Source: an uncultured Anaerolineaceae bacterium (GTDB taxonomy: Bacteria; Chloroflexota; Anaerolineae; Anaerolineales; UBA11579). Taken from it: 64,000 nt of DNA. Below the pieces are notes generated by a model. That model ran no database searches. It was not told the DNA's origin and saw only the letters and a list, made by a program, of their open reading frames with translations. The translations under genes and the position numbers were made by a program. Below are positions 27,471 through 35,882 of this stretch, in pieces (position 1 is the first letter of the stretch; the number at the start of each line of letters is the position of its first letter). Where the stretch lies: positions 732 through 64,731 of the forward strand of contig CAZNFL010000001.1 of the NCBI GenBank assembly GCA_964572455.1, given 5' to 3'.

Positions 27471-28961
27471 ATGACGCAGACACCTGCCCGCGTGCGTTTC
27501 GCCCCATCCCCTACCGGCCTGACGCACCTGGGTAGCGCGCGCACCGCGCTGTATAACTATTTGGTCGCCCAACAAACCAAGGGGCAATTCATTCTGCGTA
27601 TCGAAGACACCGACCAAAAACGCTACGATCCAAACGCCGAACAAGACCTGATTAGTAACTTGAAATGGCTCGGCCTGAATTGGGAAGAGGGCCCCGGCGT
27701 GGGTGGACCCTATGCCCCCTATCACCAATCCAAACGGATGGACATTTACCGCAAGCATGCCGAGGAATTGGTGGCCAGGGGAAAGGCCTTCTATTGCTTC
27801 TGCACCGCGGAGGAATTGGACCAAGTGCGCAAAGCGCAGCAGGCAAACAAGCAACAGCCACACTATTCCGGTCGCTGCCGCAACCTTCCGCCGGAAGAAG
27901 CGCTTCGACGGGTGAAGGCGGGTGAAAGCCATGTGATCCGCTTTAAGGCGCCGAAGGATGGCACGATCACTGTAAAAGACAAACTTCGCGGTGAGATCAC
28001 GGTCGAGAACCGCAGCATCGATGACCGCGTCTTGCTTAAATCTGACGGGCATGCCGTTTATCACCTGGCCGCTATGGTGGATGATCGCCTGATGGCTATC
28101 ACCCACGTGCTGCGCAGCGAGGAGTGGCTGCCAAGCCTGCCGTTGCACGTCCACATCTATGAAGCGTTTGGCTGGGAGCAGCCGGTTTGGGTGCACCTAT
28201 CGGTCTTCCTCAAACCCAGCGGCAAGGGCAAGATGAGCAAACGAGACACCGAACAAATGCGGCTGACCGGCCAATCCATTTTTGTCAAAGATCTGGCCGA
28301 TATGGGCTATCTCCCCGAGGGTGTGATCAACTGGATCGCGCTGATGGGCTGGAGCTATGACGATCACACCGAATTCTTCAGTATGCAGGACCTGATTGAA
28401 AAATTCGATTTGGACAAACTGACCCCCTCCCCGGCTGGCATCGATTTCAAGAAGCTAGACCACTTCAACGGGCTGCACATCCGCGTCTTACCTGAAAAGG
28501 AATTGGCGAAGCGACTGCTGCCTTATTTCGAGAAGGCCGGTCTCCAAGTGGACGCCGGGCAGTTGGCGCCGATCGTCCCCCTCATCCAAACGCGCATGAC
28601 CACCTTGGACGAAGGCCCTGAGCTGGCCGGCTTTTTCTTCAAGGAAGTGGCTCTGCCGCCGGTGGAGATGCTGGTGGGTAAGGGGATGACAGCCACGGCC
28701 TCCGCGGCGGCGTTGCGCAAGGCCACCGGCATCCTTGAGGTGCTGCCCGAATTCAACGCGGCCAGCGCCGAGGAGCCGATGCGCGCCGTGGCCGACGAAC
28801 TTGGGCTGAAAGCAGGCCAACTGTTCGGCATCTTACGCAACGTGGTCACCGGCCAGGAGATCAGCCCGCCGCTGTTCGAAAGTATGGAAATTGTCGGGCG
28901 CGAGAAGGTGCTTGCCCGGCTGCAAGCCGCCATCGCGGCGCTGGAGAAAAACGCCAAGTAG
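27471..28961 (+). CDS. gltX: glutamate--tRNA ligase
   Basis: 496 aa. Contains RFAPSPTGLTHLGSART (HIGH region) and GKMSKRD (KMSKS). Confidence 0.93.
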   Translation: MTQTPARVRFAPSPTGLTHLGSARTALYNYLVAQQTKGQFILRIEDTDQKRYDPNAEQDLISNLKWLGLNWEEGPGVGGPYAPYHQSKRMDIYRKHAEELVARGKAFYCFCTAEELDQVRKAQQANKQQPHYSGRCRNLPPEEALRRVKAGESHVIRFKAPKDGTITVKDKLRGEITVENRSIDDRVLLKSDGHAVYHLAAMVDDRLMAITHVLRSEEWLPSLPLHVHIYEAFGWEQPVWVHLSVFLKPSGKGKMSKRDTEQMRLTGQSIFVKDLADMGYLPEGVINWIALMGWSYDDHTEFFSMQDLIEKFDLDKLTPSPAGIDFKKLDHFNGLHIRVLPEKELAKRLLPYFEKAGLQVDAGQLAPIVPLIQTRMTTLDEGPELAGFFFKEVALPPVEMLVGKGMTATASAAALRKATGILEVLPEFNAASAEEPMRAVADELGLKAGQLFGILRNVVTGQEISPPLFESMEIVGREKVLARLQAAIAALEKNAK

Positions 28962-28983
28962 TCCTCGGATTTAGAGGCCGCGG

Positions 28984-30483
28984 TTAGGCGCCGCGCCGAT
29001 TGAAGGTCAATAGCTTCATTTCGCTCATCTCCTCGATAGCGTAGCGCAGTCCTTCTCGTCCCATCCCCGATTGCTTAACCCCGCCATAGGGCATGTGATC
29101 GATGCGGAAAGTGGATACGTCGTTGACCATCAAGCCCCCCACTTGGATTTCATCGAAGGCTTTTTGCACGATGTTCAGATCATTGGTGAAGATGCCGGCT
29201 TGCAAGCCAAACTCACTGTTATCCACGTTTTTGATCGCCTGATAGACGTCCGTGTAAGGGTAGAGTCCAACGATGGGGCCAAACGCCTCCTGGCAGGAGA
29301 TGGACATGCTTTCCTCCAGGGAGGCAAGCAGGGTGGGCGCAAACAGCGTTCCCTTGCGGGACCCACCCACCAAGATCTCGGCGCCGCCGGCCTTAGCCTC
29401 CTGCACCCAGCCTTCCAGCCTCTCGGCCGCCCCAGCGTCGATCATCGGGCCTACGTCAGTCTTTTCATCCAACGGATCGCCAACCACCAGGGCTTTCACG
29501 CGCTGCACCACGTCGTCGACAAAATCCTCATACACGTTTTGGGCGATATACACGCGCTGGACAGAAATGCAGGATTGGCCGGCGAAAGAGAAGCCTCCCC
29601 AGGCCACGCGCTCGGCCGCGTATTTTAGGTCGGCGTCTTCGTGGACGATGACGCCGGCGTTCCCGCCCAGCTCCAGGGTGACGCGCTTCATGCCGGCGCG
29701 GGCCTTAAGCGCCCAGCCCACCGCCGGGCTGCCTGTGAAAGTGAGCAGCTTGATGCGCGGGTCCTCGATCAGCGGCGCGGCGTCCTTGGTGGCAGAAGTA
29801 ACCACCGCGTAGCCGCCCTCCGGCCAACCGGATTCTAAGATGATCTCGCCCAACTTGAGTGCGCTCACCGGGGTGGCGCTGGCCGGGCGCAAAATAATCG
29901 GGTTGCCGGCTGCCATGGCCGGTGCCACTTTGTGGGCCACCAGGTTCAACGGAAAGTTGAAGGGGGCGATGCCGACGATGGGACCCAAGGGCACGTGCAT
30001 CACCTGCCCCACGCGGCCTTCGTTGCCTGGCAACCAATCGAGGGGAACTACCTCTCCATATATACGCTTGGATTCTTCCGACGCGATTTGAAAGGTGAAG
30101 GCTGCCCGATCCACTTCCAAGCGGGCGGTGCGAATGGGCTTGCCCGCTTCCAGGGCGATGGTCCGGGCCAGCTCTTCGCGCCGAGCGGCAATGCCCTGGC
30201 TGACCTTCATCAGGACTTCGGCGCGCTTCCACGACGACAGCTTGCGAGTCACCTGAAAGGCTTCGACCGCGGCGGCAATAGCCGCCTCGATCTCCTTGGG
30301 GCCGGCGCGGTGCACCACGGCCACCAGGGCATCGTCATACGGGCTATGCACCTCAATGGCGTCGCCGGTTTTCAGCCAATGCCCGCCGATCAATACGCCA
30401 AATTCCCCCAGCTCAGCTTTTTGGGCTCCGTCCTTCGCGCTGCGGGTCTCGGACCCGCGTAACCGTTTAGTTGTTTCCATCAA
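28984..30483 (-). CDS. NAD(P)-dependent aldehyde dehydrogenase
   Basis: 499 aa. Contains FTGSPAVG, LELGGNAG and the catalytic Cys region FSFAGQSCIS. Substrate is unknown. Confidence 0.85.
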   Translation of the reverse strand: MMETTKRLRGSETRSAKDGAQKAELGEFGVLIGGHWLKTGDAIEVHSPYDDALVAVVHRAGPKEIEAAIAAAVEAFQVTRKLSSWKRAEVLMKVSQGIAARREELARTIALEAGKPIRTARLEVDRAAFTFQIASEESKRIYGEVVPLDWLPGNEGRVGQVMHVPLGPIVGIAPFNFPLNLVAHKVAPAMAAGNPIILRPASATPVSALKLGEIILESGWPEGGYAVVTSATKDAAPLIEDPRIKLLTFTGSPAVGWALKARAGMKRVTLELGGNAGVIVHEDADLKYAAERVAWGGFSFAGQSCISVQRVYIAQNVYEDFVDDVVQRVKALVVGDPLDEKTDVGPMIDAGAAERLEGWVQEAKAGGAEILVGGSRKGTLFAPTLLASLEESMSISCQEAFGPIVGLYPYTDVYQAIKNVDNSEFGLQAGIFTNDLNIVQKAFDEIQVGGLMVNDVSTFRIDHMPYGGVKQSGMGREGLRYAIEEMSEMKLLTFNRRGA

Positions 30484-30589
30484 TGCTCCTCTACTTCCGC
30501 TCAGGGCTCAGCAAATATTTTAGCCGGGGTATCCAAGAATTGTACGCCACGCAGCTCGTCTATTTCACTTGGTTGCTTATAAAAGCAAG

Positions 30590-30595
30590 TATAAT
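30590..30595 (+). promoter_or_regulatory. candidate -10 box (TATAAT) for tRNA-Gln
   Basis: A perfect TATAAT lies 9 nt upstream of the mature tRNA 5' end. The -35 is only weak (TTGGTT at suboptimal spacing). Confidence 0.4.
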
Positions 30596-30604
30596 TTAAG
30601 TCGC

Positions 30605-30675
30605 TGGGGATTCGTCTAGCGGTAGGACACTTGACTCTGAATCAAGGAGCTCTGGTTCGAATCCAGAATCCCCAT
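30605..30675 (+). tRNA. tRNA-Gln (anticodon CUG)
   Basis: Hand-folded cloverleaf. Acceptor stem TGGGGAT/ATCCCCA, D arm GTCT-AGCGGTA-GGAC, anticodon arm CTTGA-CTCTGAA-TCAAG, T arm TCTGG-TTCGAAT-CCAGA. CCA is not encoded. Confidence 0.9.
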
Positions 30676-30681
30676 CCTTTG

Positions 30682-30710
30682 AAACTGCTCAAAATTGGGC
30701 AGTTTTTGTT
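30682..30710 (+). terminator. candidate terminator after tRNA-Gln
   Basis: AAACTGC-(10 nt)-GCAGTTT followed by TTGTT. Confidence 0.45.
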
Positions 30711-31036
30711 AATGGCGCTGGGGCGCGCGGCAAACGGACGCGTGGTAGGTATGTCGAGGTTATGGATCTCGTGGAAATGGTAGATGTGGTCAGTGTGGTA
30801 GGTATGGAATGAGGAAGGGTTGAAGGTGAAGCAGCCATGCTGGGCTTTCAAAATGTACGCATGCAGCATTATTGCATAAAACTAGATGGAATTGAAGGAA
30901 AACGCTCTCTTTTCAAGGTGCTGGACAATATCCCAGCGTGGGTTCCGCTGCCTTTGCGCAATCGGAATTCAGCAGAAATCGCAGCATGTAGGTTGCCCCC
31001 TAAGATCAGCGGCTTCTGAATCTCTTTGTAGGGGCG

Positions 31037-31390
31037 TTAGGTCCTCCGATTTCTTGATAAAACCCATTTAGAAACATTGCGGGCTTGCCTAACCATGCTT
31101 TTGACATCCTTTCCAATTTGCTCTAGTGCCTCGCCCTTTACAGCCCAAGAAATCCCGAAGGCCAAAATAGCTATGCCTTCGAAGAAGAACACAGGGGGAA
31201 GTTGTTCAAATAGACTGCGTCCTAAGCCCCAAAACTCAGTAACGAAGTAAACCCCAATAAGCACCACGCATGCTGACATTACAAGAGCCATTGCCCGGTA
31301 AACGCTGTTCCTCTTTTCTTTGGCACTTCCCCGCTGAATTTTTTTACCACGCCTTGTCTCAGTAAACAAAAAGTAGGAGAAATAAATCAT
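31037..31390 (-). CDS. hypothetical membrane protein (possible C-terminal half of a split gene)
   Basis: 117 aa with 3 TM helices and low GC. Its start ATG overlaps the stop of the upstream ORF (ATGA). Confidence 0.5.
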   Translation of the reverse strand: MIYFSYFLFTETRRGKKIQRGSAKEKRNSVYRAMALVMSACVVLIGVYFVTEFWGLGRSLFEQLPPVFFFEGIAILAFGISWAVKGEALEQIGKDVKSMVRQARNVSKWVLSRNRRT

Positions 31391-31767
31391 AGTCCCGAAA
31401 AGAAGGAAAGCAAATATGAGATGAAGATAACCATAAAGGCCTTCAGAATAGATGGCGGGTGGGATGATTGACTCCAGTTCTCTCGGGTGGTGGGAAAGAA
31501 AGCCACCGCGATAGCAAATATGGCGGCAGCTTTACCAAAATACCGATCCCTATTTCCATAACTTTTGTCGTAAAACTTGGGGTCATAAGTCCACAAAAAA
31601 AAACCCATAGTGAAAAGTATCCCTACGAAAACATTTCTCATCTCAGTATGGTAATACGCGCTAATCGAGCTTTGAATTCCGACGTGAGGTGGCACTAACA
31701 ACGCGCCTAGCCAGACGAGTCCTGGAAGAAAAATGGCTAAATAGCCTATATTTCTTCTAAGCGCCAA
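31387..31767 (-). CDS. hypothetical membrane protein (possible N-terminal half of a split gene)
   Basis: 126 aa with 4 TM helices. The SSISAYYHTEMRNVFVGILFTMGFFLW block looks conserved. Low GC. Confidence 0.5.
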   Translation of the reverse strand: MALRRNIGYLAIFLPGLVWLGALLVPPHVGIQSSISAYYHTEMRNVFVGILFTMGFFLWTYDPKFYDKSYGNRDRYFGKAAAIFAIAVAFFPTTRENWSQSSHPPSILKAFMVIFISYLLSFFSGL

Positions 31768-31941
31768 ATAAGGTTATTTAAACACGGAACCTCTTCGCGA
31801 GCTCCTGGCCACTTGCATAACCTCCCGTTCAGTTATTGCTTAGAAAATCCCTAAACCCTGAGCCGCAAAATACATAACCATCTCTGAACGGTTCTATGAA
31901 CGGCTGAAGAGAACAATCAAAACCCATTTCCCTTCCCGTCT

Positions 31942-32865
31942 TCATTTGAACAAATCCAGCAAGCCGCCATAATTCTGGTTCATTTCCTCAAAGGTAAACG
32001 GTCTTGGCGGCTGATGAAATGGGAACTGAAATTTCTCGACATGGATTTTTGGAAAATGGCGCTTTACAACGTCCAGGGTGGTATCAAAGCTCAACAAGGG
32101 ATCGCGCACGGACATACCGAAATAGCAAGTCTGCTCAAAGGATTGATCCTGCAATTCAAAATTCAGTGTTTCGGCCAATTGGTAACACAACACATCGGCG
32201 GTGCTCTCTGAAATCTGGAGGAAGACTTCCTCGATCGATATAGACTTCTCAACCTTGCCAGCCCGCGAAATACCCCGCGACAAAAATCTACTCAATCTGG
32301 GTTTGCGCATAGTTCGCAACACGCTGGAGCGAACGCGAGGATTGCGCAATACTCTGACCATGCCTTTTAGAATTTTGCGGCGGGGGGCAGAAAGCCTTAG
32401 GGCTCGACTGGACACCACTGGGGAAAGCAGGAGGACCTTTTCAATCCGCTGGCGAAGTCGTTTCAAGGTGGTGAGAGCCAGGATCCCGCCAAATGAAAAG
32501 CCCATCAAGGAAACTGTTTTGTAACCGAGACCATCTATGAACGCCTCCACGGTTTCGGCGGCCAACTCCGAACTGAAAGCCTCTGGGAACGGTGTGGATT
32601 TTCCGTGGCCAGGCAGCTCAAAAAAATACACCGTAAAGCGCTGGCCCATGAATTGAGCCAAGGCCAGCCAATTCTCAATTTTTGAGATCGTGGCCGGGAC
32701 CATGATCAGCGGCGGTCCCTCTCCACACATGATGTAATGTAAGTTGGTGTTTGGTAATTGCATATGGTGGTAGCTGACCTTAGGGATTGGAAAGCCAGAT
32801 TGGATCTGCCTATCCACAACAACTGTTTCAGAAACAGGTGACCTTGTTCGGCTTCTAACTTGCAT
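31942..32865 (-). CDS. alpha/beta-fold hydrolase
   Basis: 307 aa. Oxyanion-region GPPLIMVPA, the nucleophile elbow GFSFGG (GxSxG), and FELPGHGKS. GC is lower than the window average. Confidence 0.75.
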   Translation of the reverse strand: MQVRSRTRSPVSETVVVDRQIQSGFPIPKVSYHHMQLPNTNLHYIMCGEGPPLIMVPATISKIENWLALAQFMGQRFTVYFFELPGHGKSTPFPEAFSSELAAETVEAFIDGLGYKTVSLMGFSFGGILALTTLKRLRQRIEKVLLLSPVVSSRALRLSAPRRKILKGMVRVLRNPRVRSSVLRTMRKPRLSRFLSRGISRAGKVEKSISIEEVFLQISESTADVLCYQLAETLNFELQDQSFEQTCYFGMSVRDPLLSFDTTLDVVKRHFPKIHVEKFQFPFHQPPRPFTFEEMNQNYGGLLDLFK

Positions 32866-32874
32866 AAAAGAACC

Positions 32875-33564
32875 CTACTCTTTCAGCGCTTCTACGGTCA
32901 ATTTCCGGAAAAAAGTGAGCCAGGCGATGTATAGGCCAATAATAGAAATGACTACCACCACAAAAGTTACCGGTGGCAAATTCAGCGAAGCAAGATCGGT
33001 GCCGTGTGCGCCCAGCAGCGTAATTATGAAGATAGAAGGCGACCTTCCCAACAGACTGGCCAAGGCAAATTCCTGCCAGCGGATGGAGCTTAATCCAGCA
33101 ACGTAATTCATCGTGTCGGTGGGGAAGATGGGCAGCATAAAACTCATCAGGAAAAAAACGAAGCCGCGCCGCCTGGCCACCGCATCCCAACGGTCGACCA
33201 CCTGCGCTGGGGCCAGCCGGTCCACTACCGGCCGTCCCCAGCGCCGGGCGATGTTGAACGCCAGCAGCCCCGCGCCGACGGTGATGCTCAAATTCAAGAC
33301 GAAGCCCGGCACCAGTCCATACACATATCCCGCCGCGAGATAAAAGACGTCTCCGGGCAAGATCGAGATCACCACCTGGACCACATGCAGCAAGGCTAAC
33401 ACCAGCGGGCCGAGTAAGCCGAAACTATTGATATATTCGATGAAAGCCTGGCGGTTACCGATAAAGCCGAACAACTCTAATAAGGGCGTTCTCAGAAACC
33501 AAAGGACCAATGCCACTCCTATTGCGATCAGGAGATACAACGGCCAGTTCTTATTTCGCTTCAT
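32875..33564 (-). CDS. TVP38/TMEM64 (DedA-related, SNARE-associated) family membrane protein
   Basis: 229 aa. The pattern ILPGDVFYLAAGYVYG ... ARRWGRPVVDRL ... MLPIFPTDTMNYVAGLS is typical of the family. Confidence 0.75.
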   Translation of the reverse strand: MKRNKNWPLYLLIAIGVALVLWFLRTPLLELFGFIGNRQAFIEYINSFGLLGPLVLALLHVVQVVISILPGDVFYLAAGYVYGLVPGFVLNLSITVGAGLLAFNIARRWGRPVVDRLAPAQVVDRWDAVARRRGFVFFLMSFMLPIFPTDTMNYVAGLSSIRWQEFALASLLGRSPSIFIITLLGAHGTDLASLNLPPVTFVVVVISIIGLYIAWLTFFRKLTVEALKE

Positions 33565-33602
33565 AGGGCTTTAGCTGAGCTCAATCAATCCCAATCGGAA
33601 GT

Positions 33603-35882
33603 TTACCGCGGTTCCGCTTTGGTCACTATCAAAAACCCCCAGCTTGCCCACGCCAGGGCGCTCAACGCCAGACCGAGCGTAAAACTGGCAGGCTGATAAA
33701 TGAAGTCGAGCTGATATCGCCCTGGGTCCAATTGAACCGAACGGAAAACCTCGTCGGCGGGGTAAACATCCTGCTCTTTTCCATTCGCAATCGCGACCCA
33801 GCCCGGGTACCAGGTATCCGCCAGCAGCAGCCAGCCGCCTCCGGGCGCATCCACTTGCAGGTGAACGGTATTTGGGGAAGAGGCCAGCAGTTCCACACTG
33901 CCCGCTGGGCCCGAGCCGCACAGGGGTCCTCCCGAGGGTTCAACCGTTTCTATGAGCACCGTATCACTAGGGAAAAAGTCGGTGTTTGAGATGAACTCTA
34001 ACGCTTCTTGAGCATTTGCGACGGGCTGGGCGCAATTCACCCAGCGGGCGCGCGGCAGCGCGATACGCGGCTCGAAAACGACGCCTGCTTCAGCACCTGT
34101 CACCCGCTCGATGACCGTGACGTTAGTGGCGGCCAGCATGGCTTCTTGGCGTCCTGCGGGCGCAGCTTCCAAGGCGTCGATCCAATCACGGTAGCGCCCG
34201 GGGACCAGCGGGTCAAAATTATTGGCCGAAGCGATTCTTTCCAGCAAAGAAATATTAGGTAACAGGCTGGCGCGGATGGCGCCGGGGTCCGCGCTGAAGA
34301 AGGTATCAAACCGAAACAGCTGCTCAAATTTCAGCTTGCGTTCATCTTCGTAAGCGATGTACAAGCGCCCTGCCCCCAACTGTGAAACAAGCCCAAGTTC
34401 CCTGGTTTCTTCTTTGTAAAGATCCAGGTCAGCGCCCGGGCTCAGTCCCCAACCTGCGAAAAGCAGATCGGCCGCCAGCCAGAGGCAAACCAGCCAGGCC
34501 CAACGCGAAAGGCCTGCCTGCTTTTGTCCTGGGGCCTGCAAATTAAGCCATGCGGCCCCGGCTGCGATGATTCCCATGGACAAGCTGGCCCAGGCAAACG
34601 GAGCTACTCCCTGGCCTAACATCCCAATAACCAAAGCTGAATAGCCGACCACTGCTGCCGCGGCGGCCAGCGCCAGCCGCGACCAGTAGAGCCTGCGGCC
34701 GCTTGGCGCCCGCCAGGCTTCAGCGCCGAAGGCGGCCAACAGCGCCAAAGCAAAAACGAGCCAGATGCTAAAGCGTGTGGGCGACTGGAACAATTCGAAA
34801 CTGGGCACGTATTCGTAAAGCCAGGCAAACAGTGGAGTGTTATTGCCCAGCGCCAGGACGAAAGAAATGACGATCACCGCAACTAGAAAAATAAATAAGG
34901 GTTGGTGCTTCCGGGCTCTGCGTATGCCCCACAGCGCGGCCAGCGCCAGGAACAAAGGCAGCAAGCCGATGTATATGGCGTCCTCCCAAAAATTTCCGTA
35001 ACCCAGGTAGTTCCCATAGGCCGGGTTCCCAAAAAAGTTGGGCGCAAGCAGGCCGATCAAACGCAAGGGCCAGAAAGAATAGGTGGCTGCCTGGGCAAAA
35101 TCTACCTGGGCCGCACGTTGGGAGTTGAGCAAATACTCTGCGGTCGGGATCAACTGCACCGCGGATAAACAGAAGGCGAACAAACCGGCTGCCCCAAATC
35201 CGAGCGCGACTCGCCCGATCTGCGGCCAGCCGCCGGCGCGCCGGGCCCAAAAGGCCGTCCAAGCGACGGCCAGCAGCAAGCTGTACCAAGCGAGTTGCGC
35301 GTGGCCGGCCAGCCATTGCATCCCTAAAAAGAGTGCCAGCATCAGCACGCCGCGTTTGCGCCTGGGCTCCTGCGCCAGGTCATACGCGGCCAGCATGATC
35401 CAGGGCAGCCAGGCCAGCGCGGCATTGATGCTAAGAAAGTGGGCGCGGGCCACCAGGTAACCTGACAGCGAAAAGGCCAGCCCGCCCACTGTTTGGGCCA
35501 ATTCGTTCATCCCCAGTCGCCTGATCAGCAAGCCCATGCCCCAGGCAGCCCAGGCCAAGTGCAGAGCTACTATCAAGGCCTGCCCCCAGGCCATCAGGGG
35601 CAGGCCGCCGATAGCGGCCAACCCGAAATAGATCCAGGTCGGTGGATAGAACAAGGCCGATTGATAATTGGCCAGCAGCGGCGCGCCCATCCCCAACATG
35701 GGATTCCACAATGGCCATTCGCCAGCCAGGATGGTTTGCCAGGCCTGCCACCACCAGGGGATGAATTGGGAGGAAGGCGTGCCCCAATATAGAGCCTGAC
35801 CGCGCAGCCAGACTGGCGCCAGCAAGATGAACGGACTGAGCAGCAAAAGGTGGGGAAGCCGAAATTGATAAGGCAATTTCAT
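33603..35882 (-). CDS. YfhO-family GT-C membrane glycosyltransferase-like protein
   Basis: The start MKLPYQF at 35882 overlaps the upstream stop (ATGA). N-terminal QFIPWWW...GEWPLWNPMLGMGAPLLANYQSALFYP and C-terminal DTWYPGWVAIANGKE...YQP match the YfhO pattern. The 957-aa track ORF is an artefactual 5' extension. Confidence 0.75.
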   Translation of the reverse strand: MKLPYQFRLPHLLLLSPFILLAPVWLRGQALYWGTPSSQFIPWWWQAWQTILAGEWPLWNPMLGMGAPLLANYQSALFYPPTWIYFGLAAIGGLPLMAWGQALIVALHLAWAAWGMGLLIRRLGMNELAQTVGGLAFSLSGYLVARAHFLSINAALAWLPWIMLAAYDLAQEPRRKRGVLMLALFLGMQWLAGHAQLAWYSLLLAVAWTAFWARRAGGWPQIGRVALGFGAAGLFAFCLSAVQLIPTAEYLLNSQRAAQVDFAQAATYSFWPLRLIGLLAPNFFGNPAYGNYLGYGNFWEDAIYIGLLPLFLALAALWGIRRARKHQPLFIFLVAVIVISFVLALGNNTPLFAWLYEYVPSFELFQSPTRFSIWLVFALALLAAFGAEAWRAPSGRRLYWSRLALAAAAAVVGYSALVIGMLGQGVAPFAWASLSMGIIAAGAAWLNLQAPGQKQAGLSRWAWLVCLWLAADLLFAGWGLSPGADLDLYKEETRELGLVSQLGAGRLYIAYEDERKLKFEQLFRFDTFFSADPGAIRASLLPNISLLERIASANNFDPLVPGRYRDWIDALEAAPAGRQEAMLAATNVTVIERVTGAEAGVVFEPRIALPRARWVNCAQPVANAQEALEFISNTDFFPSDTVLIETVEPSGGPLCGSGPAGSVELLASSPNTVHLQVDAPGGGWLLLADTWYPGWVAIANGKEQDVYPADEVFRSVQLDPGRYQLDFIYQPASFTLGLALSALAWASWGFLIVTKAEPR

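Noticed and set aside
30642-30869. 75-aa His-rich ORF (HTYHTDHIYHFHEIHN) on the minus strand
   Set aside because: It runs antisense through the G+T-rich tract and ends inside tRNA-Gln. It has no SD and its composition is dictated by the strand skew. I treat it as spurious.
30676-33564. Integrated prophage or genomic island at tRNA-Gln
   Set aside because: The low GC supports foreign origin, but there is no integrase, phage or conjugation gene, and I found no direct repeat of the tRNA 3' end. Reported only as a compositional islet.
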